IMG/VR virus record: IMGVR_UViG_2645728028_000002
Coordinates: 76,319 to 140,318 of that record
Strand: one strand, 5' to 3'
Origin: a virus
Taxonomy: Duplodnaviria > Caudoviricetes
DNA: 64,000 bases
The notes under the pieces are model-generated. The model searched no databases, was not told the DNA's origin, and was given only the letters and a program-made list of their open reading frames with translations. How positions within the stretch are numbered: the stretch's first letter is position 1; the number at the start of each line of letters is the position of its first letter. The position numbers and the translations under genes were made by a program. Below, piece after piece: positions 26,998 through 36,406 of the stretch.

Positions 26998-27744
26998 ATG
27001 TCAATTAATAGTTATGTAGATGGAATACTAGAATCATACAAGAGGTTAGAAGAAGAGAACGATAAATTAAAATTAGAATTGAAGATGCTTAAAATAGACA
27101 GTATGCAATTGTCTGATTTACTAACGGATGAAGAAGTGATTTTGAAACAAAATCCAGTATTAATAAATAACGTACTAGATAAAATCTCAACTATTGAAAA
27201 ACCTTTGAATAAAAGAGCTGTGTTAATCGCTATTGCAGATTGTTCAGGATCAATGGGAATCTGGGAAAAATATATGGGAAAATCTTATCTAACTTGGGTT
27301 AAGGAACTACTAAATAAAAAATATTCTCACGTTGAGGAAAGATTTTTACTCCATCATACAGAAGCAAAGGAAGTAACTTCTGAAGAATTTCACGGAAAAG
27401 GTGAAGGTGGAGGAACTATTGCTTCAACTGGGATTAAGTTAACTAGCTCAATAATTGAGGAGTATAATTATGAGGATATTGACGATATCTTTGTGGTATA
27501 TATTACAGATGGAGATAATTTAACTTCTGATTGTCCTCGGTTCAAAAAATTACTTACAAATAGAGTTTTAAATAAGGTTGAGAATTTTACATATTTTGAA
27601 GTAAATCAATATAATAGGCACTCTACATTAAGAACTTCTGCACTAAAGGATATTAAGCAAGAAGGGTTTAAACAAGTTGTTTTATATGACAAGAATGATA
27701 TGAAAGCAGCTGTGGATAATTTTCATAGTGAATTAACTAAATAA
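26998..27744 (+). CDS. YhbH/YeaH (DUF444)-like vWA-domain protein, C-terminal part only
   Basis: DCSGSMGIWEKY...HHTEAKEV...GEGGGTIAS...DGDNLTSD...EVNQYNRHSTL. Confidence 0.8.
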   Translation: MSINSYVDGILESYKRLEEENDKLKLELKMLKIDSMQLSDLLTDEEVILKQNPVLINNVLDKISTIEKPLNKRAVLIAIADCSGSMGIWEKYMGKSYLTWVKELLNKKYSHVEERFLLHHTEAKEVTSEEFHGKGEGGGTIASTGIKLTSSIIEEYNYEDIDDIFVVYITDGDNLTSDCPRFKKLLTNRVLNKVENFTYFEVNQYNRHSTLRTSALKDIKQEGFKQVVLYDKNDMKAAVDNFHSELTK

Positions 27745-27779
27745 AACAATGTTTTTATAAAAAAAGGAGTGGAGAATTA

Positions 27780-28001
27780 ATGGAAATGGTTAAAGAGTTA
27801 TCCGCACAGGTTCATGTAGACAGGGCAACACTAGTATTCGTGAAAATTACAGAAATGATTTTTGAAATTAAGAAAGATAGAAATGAAGAATACTCTGGTG
27901 CGAAGTATGTTAATTCAGATGATGTGCTGAACTCATTAAACAACAATTTTAAAGTTGTTGTTTTGAATAAAAAGGATCAGTTAATACATAAAAATTTTTA
28001 A
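27780..28001 (+). CDS. hypothetical protein
   Basis: RBS and ORF track. Confidence 0.6.
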   Translation: MEMVKELSAQVHVDRATLVFVKITEMIFEIKKDRNEEYSGAKYVNSDDVLNSLNNNFKVVVLNKKDQLIHKNF

Positions 28002-28019
28002 TTATTCAGAGGTGGGAAT

Positions 28020-28304
28020 ATGTATTATGTAACATATAAAAATTACGAAGACATGTATGTGTTTGAATTGCCAAAATACACAGAGGAAATAGGGAAATTG
28101 CTAAAACGATTTGTAGGTTCATATTATGAAATTGAAATGGTCTTCAAGGGAGAGAAAATATTCAGCAAAGAATACAGAATTGAAAATACTGATGAATTCC
28201 TTAAGGACAGAAAATGGGAAGTTGAGCAGGGATGGTATGATGAACTAGATGAAGATGGATCAGGATTGAGAGACTTTATCAAACTAAAAGAATTAATCAA
28301 ATAA
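28020..28304 (+). CDS. hypothetical protein
   Basis: GAGGTG RBS; stop codon in repeat site 28301. Confidence 0.65.
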   Translation: MYYVTYKNYEDMYVFELPKYTEEIGKLLKRFVGSYYEIEMVFKGEKIFSKEYRIENTDEFLKDRKWEVEQGWYDELDEDGSGLRDFIKLKELIK

Positions 28305-28342
28305 AACTTACCTTTTATAGTGAATTAAAGGAGAGAAATATA

Positions 28343-28498
28343 ATGAAAAATTATGAAATTAAATTTCAGCTAATGGATGGATTAACAAGGATAGTAAAAC
28401 TTCAAGCGATATCAAAGCATGATGCAATGGAAACGGCATTACTTGATAATGATTTGGATGATCTTGGAATAAGTGAAATTAAGATTACAGTTCTATAA
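28343..28498 (+). CDS. 51-aa protein, paralog of 24894..25049
   Basis: AAGGAG RBS; bounded by perfect repeat sites at 28301 and 28498. Confidence 0.75.
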   Translation: MKNYEIKFQLMDGLTRIVKLQAISKHDAMETALLDNDLDDLGISEIKITVL

Positions 28499-28534
28499 TA
28501 AAACGAATGTTTTATTAAGAAAGGAGGATATTAA

Positions 28535-28816
28535 ATGAGTAGTGCAGCAGAAGAGTTTTCAGCAGCATTTATAAATTGTGTTAATGCTAAAAGGAAACTA
28601 ATCAAAGAAAATATACCTTACTATATCAAGGTTAATCCGAATTATTTTAACACTTTTATAAACGAACGACAAAATAGTTCTGGTGAATTTAGTTACACTT
28701 ATTCTTCTGATGGATCACATTATGTCTATCATGACTTTCTTGATGATACCTATGAAGTACCTTTGATTCTTGATGATAATGTAGAGAGTTTCAAAGAGGT
28801 CTTTAAAACAGAATAA
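28535..28816 (+). CDS. hypothetical protein
   Basis: AAGGAGG RBS. Confidence 0.65.
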   Translation: MSSAAEEFSAAFINCVNAKRKLIKENIPYYIKVNPNYFNTFINERQNSSGEFSYTYSSDGSHYVYHDFLDDTYEVPLILDDNVESFKEVFKTE

Positions 28817-28843
28817 AAAGAAATAAGGGAGAGGGGAATACTC

Positions 28844-29314
28844 ATGAAGAAACACATTAAAAAGAGATATACCCGAATCCTCCAGAAAACATTATTAATC
28901 ATAGCCTTAGTTCTACTACTGATCTTGCTATTTGGATTCGTTGATGATTTGTTGAATAAGCTGGATGTGCTGATTAAATTAACTGAGCAGCAATCAGGTC
29001 AAATTGGAACACTTGAACAGGAAGTACATAGTTTAGAAGTTGCTAATGCAAGGTTGGAGAATGTAGTTACATATCAGCATCAACAAATACAGGAACTAAA
29101 AGTTGAAGGGAATACAATCAAAGTTGATCTAAGACCAAATGTAGTTAATGTGCCAAGTGATTTACATAATGAAATAAACATACATAAAGAAGAAACGGAA
29201 ATACATAAGAAGTTTGACATACTGCATGATTCTCCAACAATAGCTGCTGGATTATTGTCTACAATATTAATGATTAAGGGTGTTATTGGTGTTTTTGTGC
29301 CAGCGATACCTTAA
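28844..29314 (+). CDS. membrane-anchored coiled-coil protein
   Basis: N- and C-terminal hydrophobic segments. Confidence 0.7.
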   Translation: MKKHIKKRYTRILQKTLLIIALVLLLILLFGFVDDLLNKLDVLIKLTEQQSGQIGTLEQEVHSLEVANARLENVVTYQHQQIQELKVEGNTIKVDLRPNVVNVPSDLHNEINIHKEETEIHKKFDILHDSPTIAAGLLSTILMIKGVIGVFVPAIP

Positions 29315-29543
29315 GGGGAGGGGATTATTCTTGGAGAGACACTATATAGAAGAGAAATTGAAGCAATTAGTGGAGGAACTGTCAATCATCTCTAAAAAAT
29401 CTGGTCTTATTTTAGAATGTGATCCGAGTGGAGGAATTAATGTTCTTACCATGGATAGATATGATGTTGGATATTTATTTTACGACAGTGATGCAGGAAA
29501 ATATCAATATATATTTGAACCAAACTTACCAAAAACCATTTAA
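29280..29543 (+). CDS. hypothetical protein
   Basis: True start probably TTG near 29331. Confidence 0.55.
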   Translation: MLLVFLCQRYLKGRGLFLERHYIEEKLKQLVEELSIISKKSGLILECDPSGGINVLTMDRYDVGYLFYDSDAGKYQYIFEPNLPKTI

Positions 29544-29570
29544 TATGTAAATTTTATAGGGAGTGATCAA

Positions 29571-29807
29571 ATGAATTTATTTAAAAGCAGCAAAGTAAAT
29601 CTTCATCCGATGGAAAAGATAGGAATACTTTTAACAACAGGATTTACCTCTTTTGTATTCTTTATTTTTGGAAAAGCAATTTTACATATTACTGATAATT
29701 GGCAGGGGAATGTATCTGGATATGGTCTTATGGTTACATCCATTGTACTTATGTGTCTTGTGTATACAGCTTTGCATGGTAAAGGGATGAATAGAGAGGT
29801 GAAATGA
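29571..29807 (+). CDS. two-TM membrane protein
   Basis: Two hydrophobic helices. Confidence 0.65.
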   Translation: MNLFKSSKVNLHPMEKIGILLTTGFTSFVFFIFGKAILHITDNWQGNVSGYGLMVTSIVLMCLVYTALHGKGMNREVK

Positions 29808-30061
29808 TGGATTTAGAGATTAATAAACTCATGGAAAGTGAAGTAGAAGAAATCAGAGACATTGCCTCCCTTCTATATGACAGTAATCAGAAAGGCTTAT
29901 CTGAGTCTGATACATATGATTTAGCTGGGTTACTGCTCGGTCTTAATGCTAAACTGGATACTTTTGTTCAGGAGGAGACTAATAAGATCTACATGGAAGG
30001 CTTTAATGAGGGATATAAGGAAGCTAAGGATACATACCAGAATTGTCTTTATTTAAAATAG
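29804..30061 (+). CDS. hypothetical protein
   Basis: ATGA overlap. Confidence 0.65.
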   Translation: MMDLEINKLMESEVEEIRDIASLLYDSNQKGLSESDTYDLAGLLLGLNAKLDTFVQEETNKIYMEGFNEGYKEAKDTYQNCLYLK

Positions 30062-30073
30062 GAGGCAGGAAAA

Positions 30074-30307
30074 ATGAAATGTAGTAATAAGTACTGTTTG
30101 TGGAATGCGTATGATCAATGTTGTCCAGACGGTGAAGAAGCTTATAATAATGCCACACCTAATCAATTAGATTGCCCTTCTTCTTTAAGAAGAGATTTTC
30201 AAAGTCAGTTATACGCATTAGTAGAAGAATGTGAAGGCTTGCTGCAGAAAAGAAATATGAGGGAACTGATTGAGATTAGGAAGTTCATTGAGGCTCAGAG
30301 AAGTTAG
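30074..30307 (+). CDS. Cys-rich hypothetical protein
   Basis: AGGAGG RBS. Confidence 0.65.
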   Translation: MKCSNKYCLWNAYDQCCPDGEEAYNNATPNQLDCPSSLRRDFQSQLYALVEECEGLLQKRNMRELIEIRKFIEAQRS

Positions 30308-30341
30308 ATTAAAATGATGATTTTAAAGGAGGAGATATGTC

Positions 30342-30734
30342 TTGGAAAAATTGACAACAGGACAAATGATTGACCGATTGGGAATAGATGATACAGCTAC
30401 AAATCAGGACGGTTATAAGGTTGGTTATGATCATAAGGGGAACTTGTTGATGTGGGGACAGCACGAATCTAAACCCGATAATAGGGAAGGAAATGATTTT
30501 CTAGTATATCTCTCTTGGGTTAAAAATGATTCATGGATAATCAATTACAATTTTGTGGGTTTTGAAGAAGCGCAAACAGCTCATGCAAATGAAAAGAAAA
30601 CAGTGATATACTGGCACGATGAGGAAACACAGTATAAGTTTGTTTATGGTGAATACGGACATTTTAGACAGCTTGCGAATGATGGAATTGGACTTGAGGA
30701 ATTGACGAACGGAAAATGGATTATTGAAAACTGA
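30342..30734 (+). CDS. hypothetical protein
   Basis: AAGGAGG RBS. Confidence 0.7.
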   Translation: MEKLTTGQMIDRLGIDDTATNQDGYKVGYDHKGNLLMWGQHESKPDNREGNDFLVYLSWVKNDSWIINYNFVGFEEAQTAHANEKKTVIYWHDEETQYKFVYGEYGHFRQLANDGIGLEELTNGKWIIEN

Positions 30735-30735
30735 C

Positions 30736-30797
30736 TTTGTGAAAAACTACCACCTATAAACACTGATTTAACAACATTATTATCATTAATTCACAAA
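30736..30797. repeat. 62-bp element with TTTGTGAA...TTCACAAA ends, copy 1
   Basis: Same arms and span as 31530..31591; followed about 10 bp later by a perfect 18-bp site. Confidence 0.7.
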
Positions 30798-30847
30798 CTA
30801 TTTTACAATAAAACTATACTTTTATAAGGAAATAAGGAGGAATTCTA

Positions 30848-31084
30848 ATGGATAAGAACCTTGCAATTAAATTATTGAAGGAAATGAATAAAACCGCAGA
30901 TGAATTAACAGTTGTGACAAGGCTTTATTTTAATAATGATAATGACTATGTACAGGGTTTTTCGTTCTTTGCAAATGAGGAATATATGAGCGAAGGGTTG
31001 CTGGAAGCACTACAATACGGACAGACACTTACCACTGATCAAGAGGAAGAACTAAGACAATATTTAATTGAAAAACACATTTGA
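30848..31084 (+). CDS. hypothetical protein
   Basis: AAGGAGG RBS. Confidence 0.65.
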   Translation: MDKNLAIKLLKEMNKTADELTVVTRLYFNNDNDYVQGFSFFANEEYMSEGLLEALQYGQTLTTDQEEELRQYLIEKHI

Positions 31085-31091
31085 AAATAAT

Positions 31092-31143
31092 ATAAAATAA
31101 TTTAATAAAAAGTATTGACCAATATAAAATAATTTAATATACT
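31092..31143 (+). promoter_or_regulatory. replication-operon promoter with two operators
   Basis: ATAAAATAATTTAATA at 31092 and 31124; TTGACC-17-TATACT. Confidence 0.8.
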
Positions 31144-31175
31144 AAGAGTAGCCAATGAGGAAAGGGGTGAGCAAA

Positions 31176-31514
31176 GTGAAAATCTTAGGACTCACAAAAG
31201 AAGCTTACAGAGAGTATAAAGGAACAACAAGAGATAATCATAAGACATCTTATGATCAAGCCAGAAGGAAACTGACAAGAAACGTAAAGCTGGGAGAAAA
31301 GCAAAAAAGTTTGTTCAACTGGTTAAAAGGGCAGCAGGAATACATATATGGTCAGTTAAAGATAGTAGTTAAAGAGGATACTATTATCGAAGTGGAAAAT
31401 GATAAAAAGCATGAGATCAAAGACTGGGTGAAAGATGAAGAGGAATATAATCATCTTTCCAAGAAACTGAACATCAAAGATTACAAGAAAAAGAGACATA
31501 ATAAGGTAAGCTGA
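31176..31514 (+). CDS. basic hypothetical protein
   Basis: GTG after AAGGGGTG; ARRKLTRNVKLG. Confidence 0.7.
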   Translation: MKILGLTKEAYREYKGTTRDNHKTSYDQARRKLTRNVKLGEKQKSLFNWLKGQQEYIYGQLKIVVKEDTIIEVENDKKHEIKDWVKDEEEYNHLSKKLNIKDYKKKRHNKVS

Positions 31515-31524
31515 GGAAAACAGT

Positions 31525-31596
31525 AAAAGTTTGTGAAAAATGAATTGCTAAAACGTTGATATATAAAGGTTTTGGAAACTGATTTCACAAACTTTT
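31525..31596. repeat. 62-bp element, copy 2 (14-bp perfect arms)
   Basis: AAAAGTTTGTGAAA...TTTCACAAACTTTT enclosing AAACGTTGATATATAAAGG. Confidence 0.75.
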
Positions 31597-31660
31597 TACA
31601 ATAAAATGAGCTTTTTATCTAAAATAAATTAATTAGGGAAACCGAGGAGGAATTATACAT

Positions 31661-33001
31661 ATGGCATTGAAGAACAGAACAACTATTAAACTAAACAAAA
31701 AGCACGAAGGAAAAGAATTCCGAAATGAGTTCCGATTTGTAGGTTTGGTTAAACCTGTACGAAAAAAAGAAGTAGATGGTGATAACTGGTTCGATGTTCC
31801 GTTCTACCAAAATACTAAAACTCAGACAAAAAAAGATCGCAGAGTACTTCAATTCAACGTTGAAACTGCTTATCGTAATGAATTAAAGGTAGAACTTGCA
31901 GGAATGGAAAAAGACGTAGCTTATATCTACAGCTCAAAACATAAAAAATCTGCTCCAGTAGATTGGAATGATCGAGAAAATAAAGCAGCTTATCCAGATG
32001 AAACCTACCATTACATTCAACAAGAATGGGATAAAACTGAAGCAATTAGCAAGTATCTTGTAGAGGGCATGTGGGTAGATGTAAGAGGTCATTATGAATT
32101 TGACAAGTTTGAGAATGATGAAGGTCAAGAGTTTAAGTCAGTTAAAAGGATTATTGACAATGTGTATCCATTAAAAAATGGTGAAGTTGAAATTAAAGGA
32201 TTGAAAAAAGACGATGCTTTCAGAGTTTACGATTCTGAGTCTGAAGGCATTCAACTTGGCTTTGGTAAAGCTAATGACGAAGGTGTAGCAGCAATTAAAG
32301 TGGGATGGTTAAATCCTGAAGGTGGAGAATTATTTGTTTGCAAATTAGACGGTGAAACAGAAGGTAAGCGAACAAAGCTTGAGTACACAGAGGATGGCGT
32401 TGAAACTGATCGAATTACAGTTAGAAACAATGTAACAAATGACATTCAACTAATTGCTCTTGATGGTAAAAAAGAATACGTTCCATATGTGAGAAACTTT
32501 AAGTCACCTGATTTCTTTGAAGTAAACTCATTTGAAATGCAGATTGGTATAAAGAGTACCTATCAAGATGAACAAACAAAAGATACAAAAGTAAACGCTG
32601 TGTATCTTGCTTATGGTAAAGAGAAGAGTGTGCCAAAAGACGTAGAATTAACTGTTTATCACAAAGAAGCTGAAGAAGGTAAAACTCCATTCGCAGATGC
32701 TTTTGCAAGGTTAAATCGCTTAGATTTCTTAGTTGTAGAGGGTATTGACAATAATCGAGCAGAGTTTGCAATGGTTGAAGTTGAAGAGTCAGAAGATGAT
32801 AATCCATTTGAAGATGTAGGAGAAAAAGTAGCATCTTATGAGCAAGTTTCTACTGGTACTAAAAAAGGATTAGAAATTCTAACTTATGTCGGTGGTACAT
32901 ATAAAAAAGAACTGCTAACTGACGAGGAAATTACAGAAGAGCAGCAAAATGAAGATCCTTTCTCAAGTGTAAATATCTCAGATGATGATCTTCCGTTTTA
33001 A
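31661..33001 (+). CDS. YorF-like single-stranded DNA-binding protein
   Basis: Acidic C-terminal tail ending DDDLPF (SSB signature); first gene of the replication operon. Confidence 0.7.
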   Translation: MALKNRTTIKLNKKHEGKEFRNEFRFVGLVKPVRKKEVDGDNWFDVPFYQNTKTQTKKDRRVLQFNVETAYRNELKVELAGMEKDVAYIYSSKHKKSAPVDWNDRENKAAYPDETYHYIQQEWDKTEAISKYLVEGMWVDVRGHYEFDKFENDEGQEFKSVKRIIDNVYPLKNGEVEIKGLKKDDAFRVYDSESEGIQLGFGKANDEGVAAIKVGWLNPEGGELFVCKLDGETEGKRTKLEYTEDGVETDRITVRNNVTNDIQLIALDGKKEYVPYVRNFKSPDFFEVNSFEMQIGIKSTYQDEQTKDTKVNAVYLAYGKEKSVPKDVELTVYHKEAEEGKTPFADAFARLNRLDFLVVEGIDNNRAEFAMVEVEESEDDNPFEDVGEKVASYEQVSTGTKKGLEILTYVGGTYKKELLTDEEITEEQQNEDPFSSVNISDDDLPF

Positions 33002-33062
33002 TAGTAATTAATTTAATATTTGTAAATAGATATAAAATAAAATTCTAGGAGTGTTGTATATA

Positions 33063-34217
33063 ATGGCAGGATTTCGTAAAAAAATCAAAAAGAATGTTCC
33101 ACGGGTTGAACTACAATCAATTATTACACTTGTTGCTGGAGGGTATAAGACGGGCAAAACCCGTCTTTGGAAAGAAGTAACTGAATTACACTATGCTGAT
33201 CCAGAAGAAGCGCTTTTACTTGCTTTTGAAGATGGGTATGAAACATGGGAACTAGATAACATTGTCCCTCTACACGAGGAAGGAACAGATAAAGACCTTT
33301 GGAAAGTTTGGGAGTTCTTTAAAAAAGAAGTTGTACCTGATCTTGTGCAAGAAGCAAAGACAGGGCGAATTGTAAAACTGATTGGTGTAGATACTGCAGA
33401 CCGAGCAATTGATGCTTGTAGTGCATGGGTTCTTCACAACAGAACAAAAAAATACGGAAAAGATTTTGTTTCCCTCCAAGATATTTCAGACAGTACAAAT
33501 GAAAATGGTTGGACAGCTCTATTCGAAGAATTGAGAAAGCCATTTGACACATTGAAAAATGCAGGTTATGGATTGTTCTATATTGGATGGACAAAGGAAA
33601 AAGAAACTACATTACATAATGGATTAAAATATAACTCAATCCAATTGATGATGAATAATACTGGGAAAAAAGTGTTTGAATCTCAAGCAAGTTTAATTTG
33701 CTGCTTATTCAATGAAACTACAGTATATGATCGCAGTGGTAATGAGCTTGAAGAGAATGTGAAAGACAAAAAGAAACGTGATGTGGCTAGTAATTTCCAC
33801 GATACTAAAACAATGATGTACTTTAGACCATCTGAATTTGTTGAAATTGCTGGAGGACGGTATACTGATTTACCTGAGAAAGAAGAATACAGTGCAGAAA
33901 GCTTCCTAAAGGTATTTGAAAATGCTGTTAATGGACAGTTAAAGAAAACAAAGAAAACAGTTGAAGAAATTAAAGTGGATGAAGAAAAAGATCGTCAAGA
34001 AAAGGCTAACGAGTTAGCTGATAAACTTGAAAATAACCCTTCTGATGTAATGGAACAAGTTGCTGAAGTAATTGCAAAAATGAATCCAAAGCAAAAGCAG
34101 GAGGCTGCTGCTGGATTTGAAAAAGAATTCGGAGTAAAGAATTATAAGCAAGAAGAAGGCAACTTAGAAAATCTCAAAAAAGCATTAGAAATTGTTGAAA
34201 ACATTGTAAGTAAATAA
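33063..34217 (+). CDS. YorG-like AAA ATPase (Sak4-like)
   Basis: Walker A GGYKTGKT, AFEDGY, VDT Walker B. Confidence 0.8.
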   Translation: MAGFRKKIKKNVPRVELQSIITLVAGGYKTGKTRLWKEVTELHYADPEEALLLAFEDGYETWELDNIVPLHEEGTDKDLWKVWEFFKKEVVPDLVQEAKTGRIVKLIGVDTADRAIDACSAWVLHNRTKKYGKDFVSLQDISDSTNENGWTALFEELRKPFDTLKNAGYGLFYIGWTKEKETTLHNGLKYNSIQLMMNNTGKKVFESQASLICCLFNETTVYDRSGNELEENVKDKKKRDVASNFHDTKTMMYFRPSEFVEIAGGRYTDLPEKEEYSAESFLKVFENAVNGQLKKTKKTVEEIKVDEEKDRQEKANELADKLENNPSDVMEQVAEVIAKMNPKQKQEAAAGFEKEFGVKNYKQEEGNLENLKKALEIVENIVSK

Positions 34218-34279
34218 TTTAACAAACACAGGGTAGGTAAAGAATTATCTACCCTGTAAATTTATAAGAAGGTGAAATA

Positions 34280-34876
34280 ATGAAGGAAGTAAAATGTACG
34301 TGGTGTAAAACAAAAGATAAAAAAGAGGAAATGAAGGTTGAAGAAAAAGGTACTGGTAAATTTAATAAAAATGGTACGGAAAAAATGGTGAGAAAATACT
34401 TCCATAAAGAATGTGAGATTGAATTTATTAAAGATAAAGAAATGAAAAAAAAGGAATTAGTTGAACTTGATTTATTATACAGTTTTCTTAGAGATCTACA
34501 TAAGATTCAATTTCTAGATGGGCGTATGATGGAAAAGATCCAAGATTTAAGAAATGGAACAATAAAGATTGACGGTAGGAAAATTAATAAATATAAACAA
34601 GGTGTTACGTATTCCCTTATGCTGGAAACGTATCAATATATCCAGCAGAAAATTGATTTCATTTTAAATTCAAATCAATTTAAAGAAAAGTGGAATGAGT
34701 TTTCTTATATTTTTGGTACTATGGTTAGAAATATCAATACTGTTCAAGAAGCAGAAAACAGGAGAGTGATAACGGAGAAAATTAACCGAAACATTAAAGT
34801 AGATAAAGAAACTGTTGAAATTGAAGTAAAGAAAACACAGAAAAAAGATGACTTAGACATATCTGATTTTCTATAG
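34280..34876 (+). CDS. YorH-like protein (possible helicase loader)
   Basis: CTWC...HKEC zinc motif; precedes the helicase; ends DISDFL. Confidence 0.6.
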   Translation: MKEVKCTWCKTKDKKEEMKVEEKGTGKFNKNGTEKMVRKYFHKECEIEFIKDKEMKKKELVELDLLYSFLRDLHKIQFLDGRMMEKIQDLRNGTIKIDGRKINKYKQGVTYSLMLETYQYIQQKIDFILNSNQFKEKWNEFSYIFGTMVRNINTVQEAENRRVITEKINRNIKVDKETVEIEVKKTQKKDDLDISDFL

Positions 34877-34888
34877 AGGGATGATAAT

Positions 34889-36391
34889 ATGAAATATATT
34901 AAAGAATTTATTGAACCATCATACATACACGAATCATTGCTTGTTGGATACTTATGGGCTAACCCAAGTTTATTCCAAAAATACCGAACACATAAGGTTA
35001 CACAGGAGACTTTTACAGAAGCAGTTTGGTACTTTTATTTTACTGTAGGTAAGCAGATGTTTGAGAATGGAATTAGAGATTTTGATGACAAAACTACATA
35101 CGCATTCCTAGTATCTAGACCAAAAGAGAAAAATAAAAAGAGTTATATTGATGCCTATAATGACTTTGGTGGCTATGATACTATTTCAGAACTAATGGAA
35201 GCATGTAAGAGCGATAGCCAGAATGATGAATATCATTTTAGTGAAATCCAAAAATACGAGAGTCTTAGAAAGTTACAAAAAGATTCTTTAATAAATGTTG
35301 AGGATAGACTTCTTGTTGAAAAATTATTAAAGATGACATTAAAACAAGTGCAGCTTTATATAACTGTAAAACAAAAAGAAGCTTTCTCACATATCAATTC
35401 TGGAGATGTTATAGAGCATGATTTAGTTGATGGTTTAGATGAAACTATTGAGGATTTGAACTCAGGTGAATCAATGGGATCTCCACTACATGACGCACCA
35501 AGATTAAATAGAAAAATCAAAGGGTGGAAAAACGGCTCACTTTACTATCTTGTTCTTTCATCTGGAGTAGGTAAATCTTCTATTGCAATGGAAAAATTCA
35601 TCCTTAGTTTGTTTGAAAATCAAGAAAAAGCGTTACTTGCCATCAATGAAGAAAGTGTAAAAAAGTGGCGTTCTCTTTTATTGGCGACAATAAGTGCAAA
35701 AATAAATAAAAAGCCTATTAACCGAGAGAAAATGTTTGAAGGTAATTTTCAGCAAGACATGTTAGATAAATTGGAAGCAGCCAAACAATGGGCTTGGAAA
35801 CACGGTCAAGGACTTGTAAAGACTCTTGAATTAAAGAAATATAGGGTAGAAGACATTCTTAGCCGAGTTGAATTATACAGACCAAAAGGATATACAAAAT
35901 TAATTATTGATACATTTAAGCCTGACAGATCCTCCACTGACTTAGCACGATGGGAGTCATTTTCAAACTCAGCGCAAGAACTACACGACTTAATTAAAGA
36001 GGATAACTACAATGTGGGTACGCTTGCTACTGTTCAGCTAAAGTTAGGAAAAGAAACCAGATACTTAGACTTGGATAGTACAGGTAAATCAATGGAGATC
36101 AATGAGGTTGCTGCAGTTGTAATGATGGGCAGGCTACTATTTGCAGATGAGTATCAAGATGAGAAAAGTAAGTTTAAATTAAAGCCGTACAATTACAAAA
36201 AAGACGAATTGACAGGCGAATGGTTTGAGGAACCTTATAAATTAAATGATAAAAAGACATACTTAGTTCTTTTTCTTGCTAAAAATCGTTTTGGCAGTGA
36301 AGAAGAGCAAATTATTTACGAAGTAAACTATGAAATAAACTCATTTAAAGAGGTAGCATTTGTGAAAGTTCCAAGATACGGAGGCATGTAG
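34889..36391 (+). CDS. DnaB-like replicative helicase (YorI-like)
   Basis: SSGVGKS Walker A, NEE, IIDTFK, VQL, KNRFG. Confidence 0.85.
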   Translation: MKYIKEFIEPSYIHESLLVGYLWANPSLFQKYRTHKVTQETFTEAVWYFYFTVGKQMFENGIRDFDDKTTYAFLVSRPKEKNKKSYIDAYNDFGGYDTISELMEACKSDSQNDEYHFSEIQKYESLRKLQKDSLINVEDRLLVEKLLKMTLKQVQLYITVKQKEAFSHINSGDVIEHDLVDGLDETIEDLNSGESMGSPLHDAPRLNRKIKGWKNGSLYYLVLSSGVGKSSIAMEKFILSLFENQEKALLAINEESVKKWRSLLLATISAKINKKPINREKMFEGNFQQDMLDKLEAAKQWAWKHGQGLVKTLELKKYRVEDILSRVELYRPKGYTKLIIDTFKPDRSSTDLARWESFSNSAQELHDLIKEDNYNVGTLATVQLKLGKETRYLDLDSTGKSMEINEVAAVVMMGRLLFADEYQDEKSKFKLKPYNYKKDELTGEWFEEPYKLNDKKTYLVLFLAKNRFGSEEEQIIYEVNYEINSFKEVAFVKVPRYGGM

Positions 36392-36406
36392 CGAGTAGGT
36401 GAGAAT

